From NCBI GenBank assembly GCA_964019335.1, contig OZ025661.1:434001-498000 (forward strand): a DNA stretch of 64,000 nucleotides. Direction: 5' to 3'. This DNA comes from Diplonema japonicum. Taxonomy: Eukaryota; Protista; Euglenozoa: Diplonemea. The notes below the pieces were generated by a model. The model was not told the origin of the DNA. It saw only the letters and a list, made by a program, of their open reading frames with translations, and made no database searches. Positions 10,214-22,688 of this stretch are shown here, one piece after another. Position 1 is the stretch's first letter, and every line of letters starts with the position of its first letter. A program made the position numbers and the translations under genes.

Positions 10214-11068
10214 TCACGACACGCAAGGTATCACAAAGACAACAGAAAGCTCTTCAAAGGCAGAGGCCTGCACGACAAGACTGTGCGAATCGGTGAAGTG
10301 CATGAGAACTTGCGTCGGCGAGATCTTATCGATCTCCAAGAGGGAGAGGAACTTTTTGCAGTCCACGATGCACGTGGCGGTGGTGACACCAAGGGTGGCT
10401 GAAGAATCACACGGCTTGCCAATGGTTAAACTGCGGTACTGGGAAGCTGAGGAAAAGAGAGGCGTTTGGGTGCGAATCTCTAAAACACCATTTGTAACAC
10501 CATCAGGGGAGTGAGACGTATCTGCTGTCAACGTCAATTTATCCGCAATTTTCCCCATCCTCTCAATAAAGGGCCTCACGTCCACTATTGGAGGCAAGAA
10601 CAGCGACACGGTGTTTGAACCCAACCCAGCACATTCGGGCATATCGATGTCCCCAACCTCTTCCTCCGTCATGACCCCAACAGGGATTTCTTGAATGACA
10701 TCATGTGAGGCTGTTCCTTTCATCACCATGCAAATTTGTAAAACCGGTTTTTTCAATGCTGTGACGCCTAGTTTTATTGTTACGTCCTTTGCCCTTTCAG
10801 CGCCTTTTAGGACCCTCAGTAGGGTGCCCACGTCCACCTTCAGGTAAATCTCGTCGTTCATCTTGCTCTCGATTCGCATGGCTTCCATGACCTGGGTTGT
10901 CTTCACACTGCATAGTACCTGGCACTTCCCCGCACCCCCTTCCGAGCAAATAAACAACAACCTTCTTGCCGACAATTTGAAAACCGCCTCGTTCCTGTTC
11001 ACTCTTTGGATTACCGTCAAAACCTGGACGAGCACACGGACTTGTCTCAGCTGGGCTCTGAACCTCAT
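10214..11068 (-). CDS. HUS1: Checkpoint clamp (9-1-1) subunit Hus1
   Basis: 284 aa with MRFRAQL start, RIESKMNDEIYL, LLRVLK and HDVIQEIPV, typical of the Hus1 PCNA-like fold. Confidence 0.8.
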   Translation of the reverse strand: MRFRAQLRQVRVLVQVLTVIQRVNRNEAVFKLSARRLLFICSEGGAGKCQVLCSVKTTQVMEAMRIESKMNDEIYLKVDVGTLLRVLKGAERAKDVTIKLGVTALKKPVLQICMVMKGTASHDVIQEIPVGVMTEEEVGDIDMPECAGLGSNTVSLFLPPIVDVRPFIERMGKIADKLTLTADTSHSPDGVTNGVLEIRTQTPLFSSASQYRSLTIGKPCDSSATLGVTTATCIVDCKKFLSLLEIDKISPTQVLMHFTDSHSLVVQASAFEELSVVFVIPCVS

Positions 11069-11939
11069 TCTTTTTTTTTTTTTTTTTTTTTTTCCTTACA
11101 GAAGATCTTTGTTTTTTTTTGATGAAAAGAACAGAAAATAAAACTGACGCGAGGCAAGGAAAGAAGAGAGAGAAAAACGGGGGAAAAAAAAGGAAAAAAA
11201 AAGAATAGGAGTACAAGGAAAGGGGGAACAGAGAAAAACGAAAAAGAAGAAAAGTGTGGCAAAAGAGAATAAATAAATAAATAAAAAAAAACTGGCGAGA
11301 AAAATAAACAGCAAAATTCTTTTTTTTTCTTCCAACAGTACAGCTTCGGGGGAAAAGGGGGGGGAGCAACCCCTCTCCCATTTTGGTTCTTTTTTTTTTT
11401 CTTTCTTGCCCCTTAACAGCGTCACGTAAAATGACTCGAAAAAACAAAAACAGAACAAAAAACCCGGGGGAGAAAAAAAAAGGGGGGGGGAAAGAGAAAA
11501 AAGGAGGGTGCGAAAAGGAGGGGGTCTTATCAGCATCCCCCCCCCCCCCCCCCACCCTCCCTTCTTTTTTTAAAGCCCAGCTTCGCTAATGCTTTTACGT
11601 TTCACAAAAATAGAAAAAAGTTGCTATGTGCAAACTTCGCCGGTTCAGTCCTATCCAAAGATGCTGAAACTTTGTGTCGTGGTGTAATAATAATAATAAT
11701 AAAAAAAAAGAGGGGAAAAAAAGTACTGCACAAGGAACACAACGGTTTTTTTTTTTTTTTTTAATGGCTTTTCTTGGTGTGTTTATTGCGCAAATATCTC
11801 TGAGAAACGCAGGGAAGAAGGGCAGATAAAAGAGTGTATGTGCCCTCTTCAATTTTTTTCCCCCCTCCCAAAAACTGAATGTAGGAAAGTAAGTGTTGTA
11901 AACAAGTTTTTCATCCAGGAGGCTGAACCGGAAAAGTTC

Positions 11940-11976
<37 letters not shown>

Positions 11977-13292
11977 AGGAAAACCGTCCCCTCTCGTACA
12001 TAGCAATTCGAAAACTTAGAAAAGTTCTAAAACTTGCAAAACTAAAAGTAACTTACAGTTTCAAAAGGAGGGAGGGAAGGGTCCGGTCAGAAAGAAAAAA
12101 AAAGAGAAAAAGAATTGAGGACTGATTGCATTTTTTTTTTCTTTTTTTTTTTTTCCATCTTCCCCTCTTTTTTTTTTCTCCTTTTTTTCCCCTTTACGGA
12201 AAGCATATAAAAAAACAGAAAAATGGGGGTCAAAATTGTATCAAACAGCTACAAAGGGGGGAAACCCCCCTCCTCCCGATGCGTTTTCCTTTGTTTATTC
12301 ATTCGTTTTTTTTTTTTTTTTTTTTTTTTTTTCGTGTTTCAAGTTGAAAAAGGGGAGGGGGTGAAAATAAACACGCTTCCCCCTGTCCCACCCTAAATAA
12401 AGGGAACAAAGTGACCTTAAGGGTCACCTTCACCCATTATTGAGGGGAAATGATTTTTGTTTTTTTTTTTTTAACAATGGCTTTTATTTTGGCCCAAAAA
12501 TGATTTTTTTTGTTCCAAAAGAAAATAAAAAAGGGGGGAAAGAAAAATAACCCAACGCGACAAAAGGAACGAAAAAAAAAAGAAGGGGGGAGAGAGGATT
12601 TAAAAAATAAAAAAAAAAAAAAACCGGATAAACAAAAAAAAAAAAAAAAACGATACAAAACATCGCCAAATCAACAGGTGCGGAAATACAAGACAGTAAA
12701 AAAGGATGGGTTCTGGTGGACCCTTCCCCCTCTTTTTTTTTTTTTTTTTTTTTTTTTCATGACAGAACTTGTTCGTGTAGTTATTAAAAAAGAAAGCTGG
12801 CTGCGTCATGCATCACACATAATCTCTTTAGTAGGTAAGAGGTCCGTCCACGTTGCGCACAAACGTAGAAACCGCCAATTCTTTTTTCTCCCCCTTCTTT
12901 TCTTTCTTTTCCCCCCCCTCTGCTATCCAACTATGAAATACAAAGCCACTAGGGAAAAAAAAAAGAAAAAAAAAGCCATTTTATTATTGTATCTTTTATT
13001 CTTTCTTTCTTTCTGGGTAATGGCAACCATGGCATCAGTATGGTTTCACACGGCGAACAGAGAAGAAGAAGAAGAGAAAAAAAAAAAAGAAAAAAAAAAA
13101 AGAAAACAAAAAGAGATAAAAGGAGGCCAGAGTCCGTGGCCCCCCCTGCACAAGCACTGTCATACTTAAAAAAAAGCGAGAAAAAAAAAAAAGAGTTGAA
13201 GGAGAGTCTTTTTTTTTGTGTAGAACCTCCCCTTAAAACCCCCCATTTCGCGGCTACTCGAAAGCACGCGAACTGAAGGGAGAAAAGGCCTC

Positions 13293-15143
13293 CTAAACAC
13301 CAGTGACCCTCCTCCTGATCTCCTTGGTGAGCATAGTAATTTCCTTGTCGGCGAATTCCTGAATGGAGCTGTTCTCTTGTGCCCTTCTAATAAGGTATGG
13401 CATCACCTCTTTCACAGGCCCATAGGGAACATACTATTTATTTTTATTTTTAAAAAAAGAATTTCCCCCCCCCCCCCCCCGTTTCATTACCTTGTACGCA
13501 TTATACCCATGCTGCCCAAGCGGGAGGGTGAGCTGGTCTGCCATACCCATCAGTTGCCCGAAGTAAACACCACCGGAGTTCTGAAGAAAAAAAGAATCCT
13601 TTTTTTGCAAAAAAAAAAAAAAAAAAACCTTATGGATGCCTCTCTCAGCCATCGTCTCAATAATGTACTCAATGGATTCCTTGTTGTGCGAGCCCACCAT
13701 CAGCCCAACGTCCTTATGAGGCATTTGTTCCATGATGATTTGCACGCAGGTGTTGAAGTTGTCGTGGGTGGCCTGGAGGGTGGGCATGATGGGTGAGGCG
13801 TAGTTCTTCCTCTCTGCGATCTCACGCTCCTGGACCATGTACGCACCACGGACAAGCTTCCCGGCGAACTTCCACCCCTCCCTCCTCCCACGCTCTAGAT
13901 CATTCTTAATCCTCGACTCCATAAAGGTCAGGTAACATTGGTATGTGTTGTAAATCCTAGGGTTCTGCACGTTATAGATCCTTTGAAGGAGCAGAGTGAA
14001 GTGATCGATGGCAACCTGCAGGTATGTCTGCTCGGCGTCGATCATAACGTTCACCTTGTTCTCAACAGCGGCCTTCGCGAATTTGTTGATTCTTGTAACC
14101 AGATTATCCAGCAGCATTGTTTCCTCCTTGTTCAACAAGGGCAGCGCACCTGAGTGAGTCAACGCACGTAACTGGTTGGGCTTCCTGATCTCCCTGTCAC
14201 CGTCCAATACAATTGAAAGCGATTCCAATGTCAACAAGCGGGTGTAGTCTAGGTAGTCGACCTCACCATTCGCTCCTTTGATCACGTGGAACATTTTCTC
14301 TGCTTCCTCGTCTGATACCGGGGTTTTACATATACGTGCAAGGCCGTTTTTCCACTGTACTAAATTGACGCTTTTCATGACTGTGGGGCATGAAACGATC
14401 TTTCTGTATTCTTCAAGAGGGGTGGTGCGTTCGATGTACTGCGGGGAGAAACCTTCGACCCATGATCTACGGGTGGCCATGAGCAGGGCGGACATTCTCT
14501 CGAGAAGGGCCGGTTTGCAGAGTGCGGTGAGCTTTACAGCGCAGAATGCTTTGCCGTCTGACTTATTCCGAGACGCGTGTTCAATGCACTCCAAGATGGT
14601 GTTTAGGTTTTCATCGCATTCCTTCTCACTGTGGTAGTCGTAGATACGCGCGGAGGTGACGTCCTCCCTTTGACGGGAAACAAGGACACCGTCCATTCTT
14701 TCTATCGAAGCGGTTTGTTTCTGATTTGTACGCTCGTCTTGAGGAACGTCGTTTTCTGCCGCGTAGTCGAGAATGGCACCAACACCAACATCGCTGAGCT
14801 TCTCAAGGGTGGGTTGGATCTCGTCAATGTTCTCGCCTCCGCAGAAATGCTTGAAAAACGTTCGCTTCACCAGTACATCGTTGGTCAGCCTCTTTCCTAC
14901 TGTCATCTCGCCCATTTTGATTAACTTCTGTGCGTTTCTCACCAAGGGTTGGATCGTGCAGAGGCGAAAGACAACGATGGCTCTCAGGAGTTCCATGTTT
15001 GTTTTGGACTTGTAGGCTTCGCGGGCGTTCGTAAAATCAACCTGACTCGTTCTACTTTCGTTGTTCCCCCTCGCAGCATGGCTTGTGTGCATACTCGGGT
15101 GTTGCATTGCAGTCGAGAGCAGCCCTTTACTTCCCTTTTTCAT
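13293..15143 (-). CDS. PRODH: Proline dehydrogenase (mitochondrial), 2 introns
   Basis: Motifs FFKHFCGGE, ILDYAAE, VKLTAL, MIDAEQTY, YNTYQCYL, KLVRGAYM, FGQLMGM. Introns 13581-13628 and 13434-13490 restore YKYVPYGPVKEVMPYLIRRAQEN. Confidence 0.95.
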
Positions 15144-15336
15144 CTTGTCTTTTTTTTTTTTCTTCTCCTGGTGGGGTTGAGAATGAGAGAAAGAAAGGGG
15201 GGGGAGGGGGGAAAGGAAAGAAAAAAACAACACTTATTATTTTCCCAAAAAAAAAAAATGTTTTACACCGCTGTCTCTGCTTCTTTTTGTTGTTTTTTTA
15301 TTTCGGCGTTTTGCGCCTCGGCTCTCTTAATATAAT

Positions 15337-15711
15337 TCAACAGAAGCAGTTTTCGACGCCGAAGGCTGATAATGTGGAGTTCTCTCTTTCTTTAGTATGT
15401 GCATACCACAAAACCTCATCTGTCACCTGCACTCGTTTGTAAGGGTTAAGTTCGAACATGCCGTTGGCAGGGCGGGCTGTGGGGGTAAAAATAGGTATAA
15501 AATTGAAGAGAAAAAAAAGCTCCATACCCACATGGAACTCGCTATTCAATGTTTTATCTCTGATTATCAGTAACCGGGTGATCTCCTTGTTCACTTTCTC
15601 CACCTCCATCCGCGCCAAGAATGTGTTCGATATTTTCCTAGCCGTCGCCTTGAAGCTCGGGTGGTGCTCGCTGGTCAAGCTGACCAATCGGAAGGCAGTA
15701 CTCCGAAGCAT
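15337..15711 (-). CDS. Small uncharacterised protein, possibly mitochondrial; one probable intron
   Basis: ATG follows an A-run; MLRSTAFRL resembles a presequence; internal GTATGG...CCCACAG intron-like segment. Confidence 0.55.
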   Translation of the reverse strand: MLRSTAFRLVSLTSEHHPSFKATARKISNTFLARMEVEKVNKEITRLLIIRDKTLNSEFHVGMELFFLFNFIPIFTPTARPANGMFELNPYKRVQVTDEVLWYAHTKERENSTLSAFGVENCFC

Positions 15712-15725
15712 TTTTTTTTTTGCAC

Positions 15726-15758
<33 letters not shown>

Positions 15759-15935
15759 AAGAAGACCAAGACTTTTTTGCAGAGTGCTAAGTGCCAAGTC
15801 ACGGACAGAAGGTTGCCAACAGACCAACAACAAACAGGACGGCAGAGGCACTGGGGGCACCGAGCAGTTAAATAAAAATTTAAAAAAAAAGAAAAACTCC
15901 GACAAAACGCCCCCCTAAGGTGGGTACACCAAGGG

Positions 15936-15980
<45 letters not shown>

Positions 15981-15988
15981 CCCCTCTT

Positions 15989-16723
15989 CTAATACCCCTT
16001 AGGAGGGTAGACCAAAGGCGTCACATCTCTCGTTTCCGCGGTCCAATCAAAACCCAAAATCTCCTCCCGCATCTTCAACGGAAGATTCAGGTTCAGAAGC
16101 TGCTTAATCGTGGGTGCAGGGGGCATCTCTGGGTCTCCAATTGCCAGAAACTCGTCATAAGTAGCTTTCCCTCGGAGGAGATCGCCGATAGGCCCCTCTG
16201 GGGCAACACCTCGACCGTTCGAGAGAAGGGTGAGAATGAGCTTGGCGGACTCAAGACGTTGAAGTTCCTGCTTACGTGTGGTGAGCTCGTGCTCGAGGGC
16301 GGTGATGAGAGTTCCTGACCGACGTTTTATGTCCTCATGCAAGATTTTACGTCGTTTATTGAGGGCAAGGATGATTTGTGTGATGACACCATCTATGAGA
16401 TGGTGCAACCTTGCTGCCTTGACAGGTATGTCCTCCTCGAGATCTGTGAGGTTTTGAATTAGTTCGCACGCTTGTCCTTTTTTAGCCGTGAGCCTGGCAC
16501 GTTCGGCAGCGCAGAAGTCCCTCAGCAAGACGGTCGTGCAGTCCTTGTGCTTCTGCTGCGTGCACACCAGGCAGATCATCGTACGGTGTCCGAAGCAAAA
16601 CGCCTTAAAAGGTTCTCCTGTTTCCTTGCACACAAAGGGCCGTACGTTGTGGGTTCTCCCTGTGTTGTCCTCGCCTTCCTCTCCTGGTGGGGTCTCGCTC
16701 TGAGCAGAGGTTTCTTCTTCCAT
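15989..16723 (-). CDS. B-box zinc finger + coiled-coil protein
   Basis: Start MEEETSAQ after an A-run; CKETG..FCFGHRTMICLVCTQQKHKDC B-box followed by a heptad-rich region. Confidence 0.75.
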   Translation of the reverse strand: MEEETSAQSETPPGEEGEDNTGRTHNVRPFVCKETGEPFKAFCFGHRTMICLVCTQQKHKDCTTVLLRDFCAAERARLTAKKGQACELIQNLTDLEEDIPVKAARLHHLIDGVITQIILALNKRRKILHEDIKRRSGTLITALEHELTTRKQELQRLESAKLILTLLSNGRGVAPEGPIGDLLRGKATYDEFLAIGDPEMPPAPTIKQLLNLNLPLKMREEILGFDWTAETRDVTPLVYPPKGY

Positions 16724-17714
16724 TTTTTTTTTTTTTTTTTTTCCTGGAAAAAAAAGAAATGTTATAAAAAAAAAAAAAAAAAACTGTTGAATTCTGAGAA
16801 AGAAAAGGAACAGAAAAAAATAAGGAGAGGGTGGGGGAAGGCACAAAAAAAACACTATAAAAAAAGTATAAGGGGGAAAGGAATGGGAAATACAAAAGAC
16901 GAAGAAGGTGAAGGGGGGGGGGGGGGGGGGGGCGATACAAGGAGGGAACTGGCCGTGTTGGTTTGAACGTGCCGAGAAAAGAGAGAAGGGGGGGGGGGGG
17001 GGGGGGGACTTGCCTCCGGTGGAGGAAAATAAAAGAAAAAAGAGGGGAAACTTTTTATTTTTATATGAAAAGGAAAAAGGAAAAGGATTTGATTTCACCA
17101 AGCTAATGTATTCTCTCCCTCCTTTTTTTTTGAACCAGCACATTGGGTGGCTCTCTCTTTTTCTCCTTTTTTTTGTTTCTTTTTATTCTTCTTCCTCTGG
17201 GGGGGGGGGGGGGGGGGAGGGTATGTTCACTTTTTTCAATTCATGACTTATCTTCTTCTTTTTTTTTTCGATCCGGTTTTCAAGGGGAAAAAAAAACTTT
17301 TTTTTAAATACTGTAGATCTTTTCTAGTTGAGCAGCCAAGCCACTCGTTAAGGGTAGTGGTGGTGGATGTGCATGTTTCTTTTTATACGAGGCCGTCCGG
17401 ATAAAAATATCAACACCTTTTTTTTGAAATCCGAATATGGTGCACAGGTATTTGTTGACTTTTTTTTTTTTTTTTTATTTGCGGGCGGTCACGTATTAGC
17501 GCAGTAAAGGTTAACAGCAAACTTAAACCAATGGTTTTTTTTTTTTTTTTTTTCCTTTTTTTTTTCTTCTCTTCCCCTTCTCCTTTCTTTCCGTTTTGTT
17601 TTTTCACCCCCCCCCCCTCTTTCTTCTCCTTTCATTTGTCTCTCCGATACGCCCCCCTTTTCTTTGTTCGCTACCAAAAAAGAAACAAAAAGAAAAAAGA
17701 AGTAAAGGAGGACT

Positions 17715-17856
17715 TACCGTATTTGGGAGTTTTCACAGTACACAATAATTATATGGGGTACCGAATTTATTTGCATTTTTATACGTACCGCGAAATTTTA
17801 TTTTGAATTTTTTAAACTCATTTAAACCCGATTTGGGACGTTTCACAGTACATAAT
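17715..17856 (+). mobile_element. Degenerate solo copy of the ~130-bp MITE-like unit seen at 46301-47058
   Basis: Begins TA-CCGTATTT and contains atttggga.ttttcaca(g)ta-like blocks twice, matching atttgggacttttcacata at 47017. Confidence 0.45.
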
Positions 17857-18021
17857 CAAAAAAAAAGGAAGACAGGAAAAAAAAAAATGTGGGGAAGAAA
17901 AAAAAAAGAAAACTGGGGGAGAAATACAACAAAAAAAAAAAAAAAAAAAAAAGGATACAACAAATTTTTACTTTTGAAGAAAGAAAAAGAAAAAAAAAAA
18001 AAAAAAAAAACCCTCCCCCCA

Positions 18022-19308
18022 TCATGCAGGGGACTTATGTGTACCCCGCAAAGTCCTTGCTGGGGAAGGGGTCTTCACCAAGGGCGCAGGGTGACGGGAT
18101 TTTACAGGTGTTTTCCCCCGGGTTTTCGATCGAGATCTACCAGTAGAAGAATGGCGTTTGGAAGATTTCGTTTTAGTCTCGCTGTGGCTCGGGGACAGGG
18201 TCGCGTCCCAATAAACTTCTGGTGACACAGGCGATGCAGGAAGTGGATGGGGGGGTGTACCCGGCCCCCCACCACCACCACCACCACCACGACGCGACGG
18301 CGACCTCCCACGTTCAGATACAGGAATCGGACTTTTCATTGAAGGTGAAGGCTGGCTTCCTATAGACCTAGCCTGCAGCATCAGCTCAACAGGATGTCTG
18401 CTCGACCCAACTAAGTTGTAATCGATGGGAGATAACTTCGGATCTAAGACACCGATACCTTCGTGGAAAATCAACAGAGATGTAGATTCGACAGCAGGTT
18501 CGTACTCAGTGAGCCCTCTTGCCTTGAACAGTTTATGCAGAATGGCCTTTGGTCGCATTTTAACCAAAACAGGTATCGGCGAATCGTGTTTTGTAACTTT
18601 AAAAAATACATCGGAAGCCCTGGTACGGGGTGACTTCGACCTCGATCGGGATCTTGATCTAGACCTTGCTCGGGTGCTGGCAAGCTCGCGTTCGGTGCTG
18701 GCTAGCTTCCTCTCGAGCTCGCTGATCTTGTTAATGTCCTGCGGATCACGTCGCTCCACGATAATTTCACGCGTAGCCGGTGTAGCAGGAACCGATTTGA
18801 TAACAGAAGACTGTTGCGAATGAACGGAAGGAGCATGTCGAAGGTGAGACAGTGGCGGTGGTGGATTGTACGCGGTACTCGTAACCGATGTCAAAACAGC
18901 TGGTTTTTGAAACGCGAACTCCGGAGGCGGCGGCGACATCGTTCGTGTCTTAGAAACAGTCACCCTTATGAAAGGGTCGGCCGACCACGTACTTTGGCGA
19001 AACGACATCCAAGACAGCATTTTGTGAGGAAGAGTGCCATGATGTGGGTGTAAGTTTCCATCACCTGCTGCGATGCACGCTTCGCTCATTTCAACAGCTT
19101 GGGGTCCTCCATCTGTGATAGCCCATGCCCCGTATCTGTCTGTGAAAACCACGCATTTTCCGTCGGACTTCGCCCATGTTACGTGACCCCTTACGTTTTC
19201 TCCTAGAACATATCGGCCTTCTATTATCCCCCATCCTTGCGCTGAAATTATCAATGCTCGAGGGATGCCGCTCTCGTCTCGCTCTGGGGAAAATTGACGG
19301 GCGTCCAT
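18022..19308 (-). CDS. Uncharacterised protein (globular N-terminal domain, RS/Pro-rich regions)
   Basis: 428 aa ORF of normal coding composition on the gene-bearing strand. Confidence 0.7.
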   Translation of the reverse strand: MDARQFSPERDESGIPRALIISAQGWGIIEGRYVLGENVRGHVTWAKSDGKCVVFTDRYGAWAITDGGPQAVEMSEACIAAGDGNLHPHHGTLPHKMLSWMSFRQSTWSADPFIRVTVSKTRTMSPPPPEFAFQKPAVLTSVTSTAYNPPPPLSHLRHAPSVHSQQSSVIKSVPATPATREIIVERRDPQDINKISELERKLASTERELASTRARSRSRSRSRSKSPRTRASDVFFKVTKHDSPIPVLVKMRPKAILHKLFKARGLTEYEPAVESTSLLIFHEGIGVLDPKLSPIDYNLVGSSRHPVELMLQARSIGSQPSPSMKSPIPVSERGRSPSRRGGGGGGGGPGTPPHPLPASPVSPEVYWDATLSPSHSETKTKSSKRHSSTGRSRSKTRGKTPVKSRHPAPLVKTPSPARTLRGTHKSPA

Positions 19309-21143
19309 TTTTGTGCCCCTGAGAGGTTGTTTTTTTTTTTTTTTTTTTTTTTTTGGTTGAGGGAAAAAAAAAAGAGTTAAATTAAGAATGGGGAAAAGAA
19401 AAAAAAATGAAAGGGATGGGGAGAAAAAAAAAGGGAAGAGAGGGGAAAAAAAAAAGAAGAAAAAAAAGAAAAGAAAAAAAACCCGAACTGATAATAAGAT
19501 ATATTACGAACCAGAAGAAAAAAAAAAGTTGAAGGAGAAGAAATAAATGAAACAAAAAAGGAGGCAAAAAAAGGGGGGGTATCCAAAAAAAAAAGAAGAA
19601 CCACAAGTGGAGGGGAGAAAGTGTTTGTATGTGTGTGTGGTTCTTTAAATTCTTTTTTATTTCTTCATTTTTTTTTTCTTCCCCTCCCCCGTTCTCACTT
19701 TGGGTTTTTATTTTGTATTCTTATTTCCAAATCCTTCAATGGCGGGACAACTATTAGCTGCAGTTACCCACCCCCTCAACAAAAAGGGGGAGGGTGGGGT
19801 GGGGTGGGGGGAGCATCTCCTCTTCTTCAAAGAACATCGGTGGCTAGACAGAAATAGGGCGGGAGACATAAACCAGACCTTTTAGAGTTCCCTTGGAGGA
19901 GCTGTCCAAGTATTGCAATCAGACCAGTATCCTGAGGATACGAGGAAAAAAAAAGCCAAACGAAAGGGCATACATCTCAAAGCGTTCAAGAAGGGGATAT
20001 TTTCTCCCCCCTCCCCCTTATACCTATTTACTTCTTCTTGTTTTTTTCTCGTACCTCCCCTCTCCCCTCTCCTTTTCCCAAGTGTGGTCGGGGATTGTCT
20101 TCATTTTGAACTCCAATAAAAAACCTCCCCCCCAAAAAGAAACATCATTTGTAAAAACAAAATAAAATTCCCCAACGTAATTTTTTTTTATTTTTTTTTA
20201 TTTTCCCGAAAAGGTCAAACACATAACAAGTGTGGTTTTTTTTTATATTTTTTTTTCTCCCTTGTTTGCAGGTCCCAAAGGGGATCAAGGAGAAAAAAAA
20301 AGGGGGGGAGGGAAAACAAAAGAATGAAATGGGAGACCCAAATGAAACAAAGAAGGGAGGGGAGTGGGGGAGGGGGGGGTTTTTTTGGGTACAACAACCA
20401 AGAAAAAAAAAAGATCAAGGAGAAAAAAAAAACCCCCCCTTATTCTCTATAGTGTTCATATATATGCAGTTAAAGAAAGTTAATGGTGCTAAGAAGATAT
20501 TTGAGAACGCAATAATTTTTTTTAAAGTTTAAATCGAAGATTTCCATCTTGATAGTCATGGTACCATCAACTCGTTAAGGTGGCAATCTTTTTCCCTTTA
20601 TCGACCTTGTTTTGAGAGGTTCTTCTTGTGACAGTGGCTCTGCCGCTTGGTAGTGAAATAACCGGCTAAGGTTTGTCTAATTCTTGCCTCTCCAAGCGCC
20701 CGCCGTTCTGGCACAAATTTAGGGGAGGTTTAATAGACCCGGTCAAAAATCTTGCCCCTCCTCCCCCCCAAAAAAAAAATGAGGCTTTGATTGCACAGCG
20801 ATGTACTTATATATCCATGTTATCCCCCACCACTAAAAAGAAAAAAAAATCGGACCCGTCAAATATTTTTTTCTCTGCAACATTTTGCTGGAATAAAGTA
20901 AAAGGAGGGGGAGGGAGGGTCACTAATAATAATGGAAAACGGGCAGTAGGACGTTATCAATCAGACAACTTCTTTTATATTTTTTTTCCCTCCTTCCTTC
21001 ATTATGTCTTCCCTTTTTTTTTTATTTTTTTTTTTTTTTATTCATTCCACAAAAAAAAAAGAGAAAAAAAAACCCACACCCCCCACCGTTCCTAAAAGAA
21101 TTTTGAGAGAAGCAACACAAAAAGGAGAGGGAAAAAAAAAAAG

Positions 21144-21710
21144 AGAGACATTTAAGGGTACCTGCGGATAATGTGGCAGGACGCCTGAAGAGTCTCAATC
21201 TATCTCTTGATGTGGCCTTCGGCCCCTCGTTCATCCTCCTCGGTACCTTAGGTATAAAACTCTCAATCGATTTAGTAAGGACACAATAGTTGCACAAGTT
21301 GCCGGAGAGGCCGAGAGTAGCATAATAACTTACAGAGCCGTTGTAATAACCCAAGGCGCAACTGGGTTACTGGCTGCGCTTTACTGATGCGGATGCGTTC
21401 TGGGACTTGGGTGTCACCCTCCTCACAAGGTGAAACCCCCACGGCTGGCTCAAGCTTTGGAGACTTGTCAGAGAGTCGCGGGGTATACTGTCGCCTCGAT
21501 CCGTTATCGTAGTGCCACCTCAGTGTCCGTGGAGTAATCTCCGGCTACAAACTTCTCCCCTTACTTGCATCACATTAAGAATGCCATAAATTTCGTGCGA
21601 AATTATTGAGTGGGGGGCAATGCGGGGGTTTTTTTTTTTTTTTGATCAAGAGATAGATTGAGACTCTTCAGGCGTCCTGTCACATACCGCAGGTACCCTT
21701 AAATGTCTCT
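21144..21710. mobile_element. Inverted pair of the ~67-bp hairpin element (21144-21211 and 21645-21710) around ~430 bp of complex sequence
   Basis: agagacatttaagggtacctgcgg(ataa/ta)tgtg(g/a)caggacgcctgaagagtctcaatctatctcttgat is present in opposite orientations. The outer flanks are an A-run and a T-run. Confidence 0.75.
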
Positions 21711-22073
21711 TTTTTTTTTTCTTTTTTTTTTTTTATTTTATTTATTTTTTTTTTTGCCATCAAGTGTACGAACGATTTCATCATCAGCAAAACGCGAAGG
21801 GGCCGTGTTTCGGGGGGGGGGGGATTTAGAAAAAAATAAATAGGGAACTTAATTTCGACCCCCCCCCCCCGAACACTGCCCAGAGGAACGCAGCCAATCA
21901 TTTTACTTGGTGGTATATTGATTAAAAAAGCACGCCACTCGGGAAGAGAAGAAAAAATGAAGAGTAGCTACTATTTACCGGCAGGTCAAAGTAGAGACCA
22001 GCGAAAATAATGCCCCCCTCTCCCGAGTTTCGCGGGGTAATTCAAAAAGAGTGGAATAACAAGAATCGGCTGT

Positions 22074-22144
22074 TTGTTTGTGCAAGCTGTGTTCACCTAC
22101 AGTGGGAGGGAGATAAGCGGACAAGCTGCTGCCTCTACTCTTTT
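22074..22144. repeat. Dispersed ~65-bp repeat, copy 2
   Basis: Same sequence as 8035-8098 with small insertions. Confidence 0.8.
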
Positions 22145-22688
22145 AAAAAAAAAAAAGAAAAAAACACACAAAAAAAGGGGAGGGTTAAATAAATGTTGTG
22201 AAATGAAACCCGAGGCTTTTACCCTCTTCAAAAGTTTTTTGTTTTTTTTTAAAAAAAGAAAATAGCTGTTTACTCATAGCGAATTCCCCCCCCCCCCCCC
22301 CCATGAGAATTGGCAGAAAAGTTCATTGGGCGTGAACAACGCGGCTTTAATTTTTTTTTTACTCCCCAATCTAATTTTTTACTTTCATCTAGCATTTCCC
22401 CAATAGAAAAAAAAATCAGAAAGAAATTGGAAAGAGAAGCTGGAAAAAAATACGGGGGGGGAAAAAAAAGGTCAAATTTATCATCGGGCAGAGGCACGCC
22501 CAATCAAAAAAAAAAATAAATAAATAAATTCTTTACGACAAAATGTCTTTGTAGCTGAGCAAAAAAAAAAAAAAAAGGGTTTCATTTCAAAAACTTTCGC
22601 AAAAAAAAAAAACCCTCCCCACTCCCCTGGAAAAAAAAAAAAAAGCTCACCGCCGAACCACGTCAATGCTTCGACCGTGAGCTGAGTC

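Noticed and set aside
12411-12427. Palindrome gtgacc-ttaag-ggtcac
   Set aside because: Single short occurrence with no supporting context.
11065-13280. Many poly-Phe/Lys/Gly/Pro ORFs here and in other intergenic regions
   Set aside because: They are translations of homopolymer runs, not genes.
21181-21215. CTGAAGA followed by a potential stem, resembling a hammerhead ribozyme core
   Set aside because: No GAAA after stem II in either copy or in a permuted arrangement.
21290-21325. Minus strand atgctactctcggcctctccggc resembles the U2 snRNA 5' end
   Set aside because: No GTAGTA branch-pairing sequence or Sm site follows.
21400-21445. tcctcac loop suggestive of an HDV-like ribozyme
   Set aside because: Could not build P1, P1.1 or P2; only a simple hairpin.
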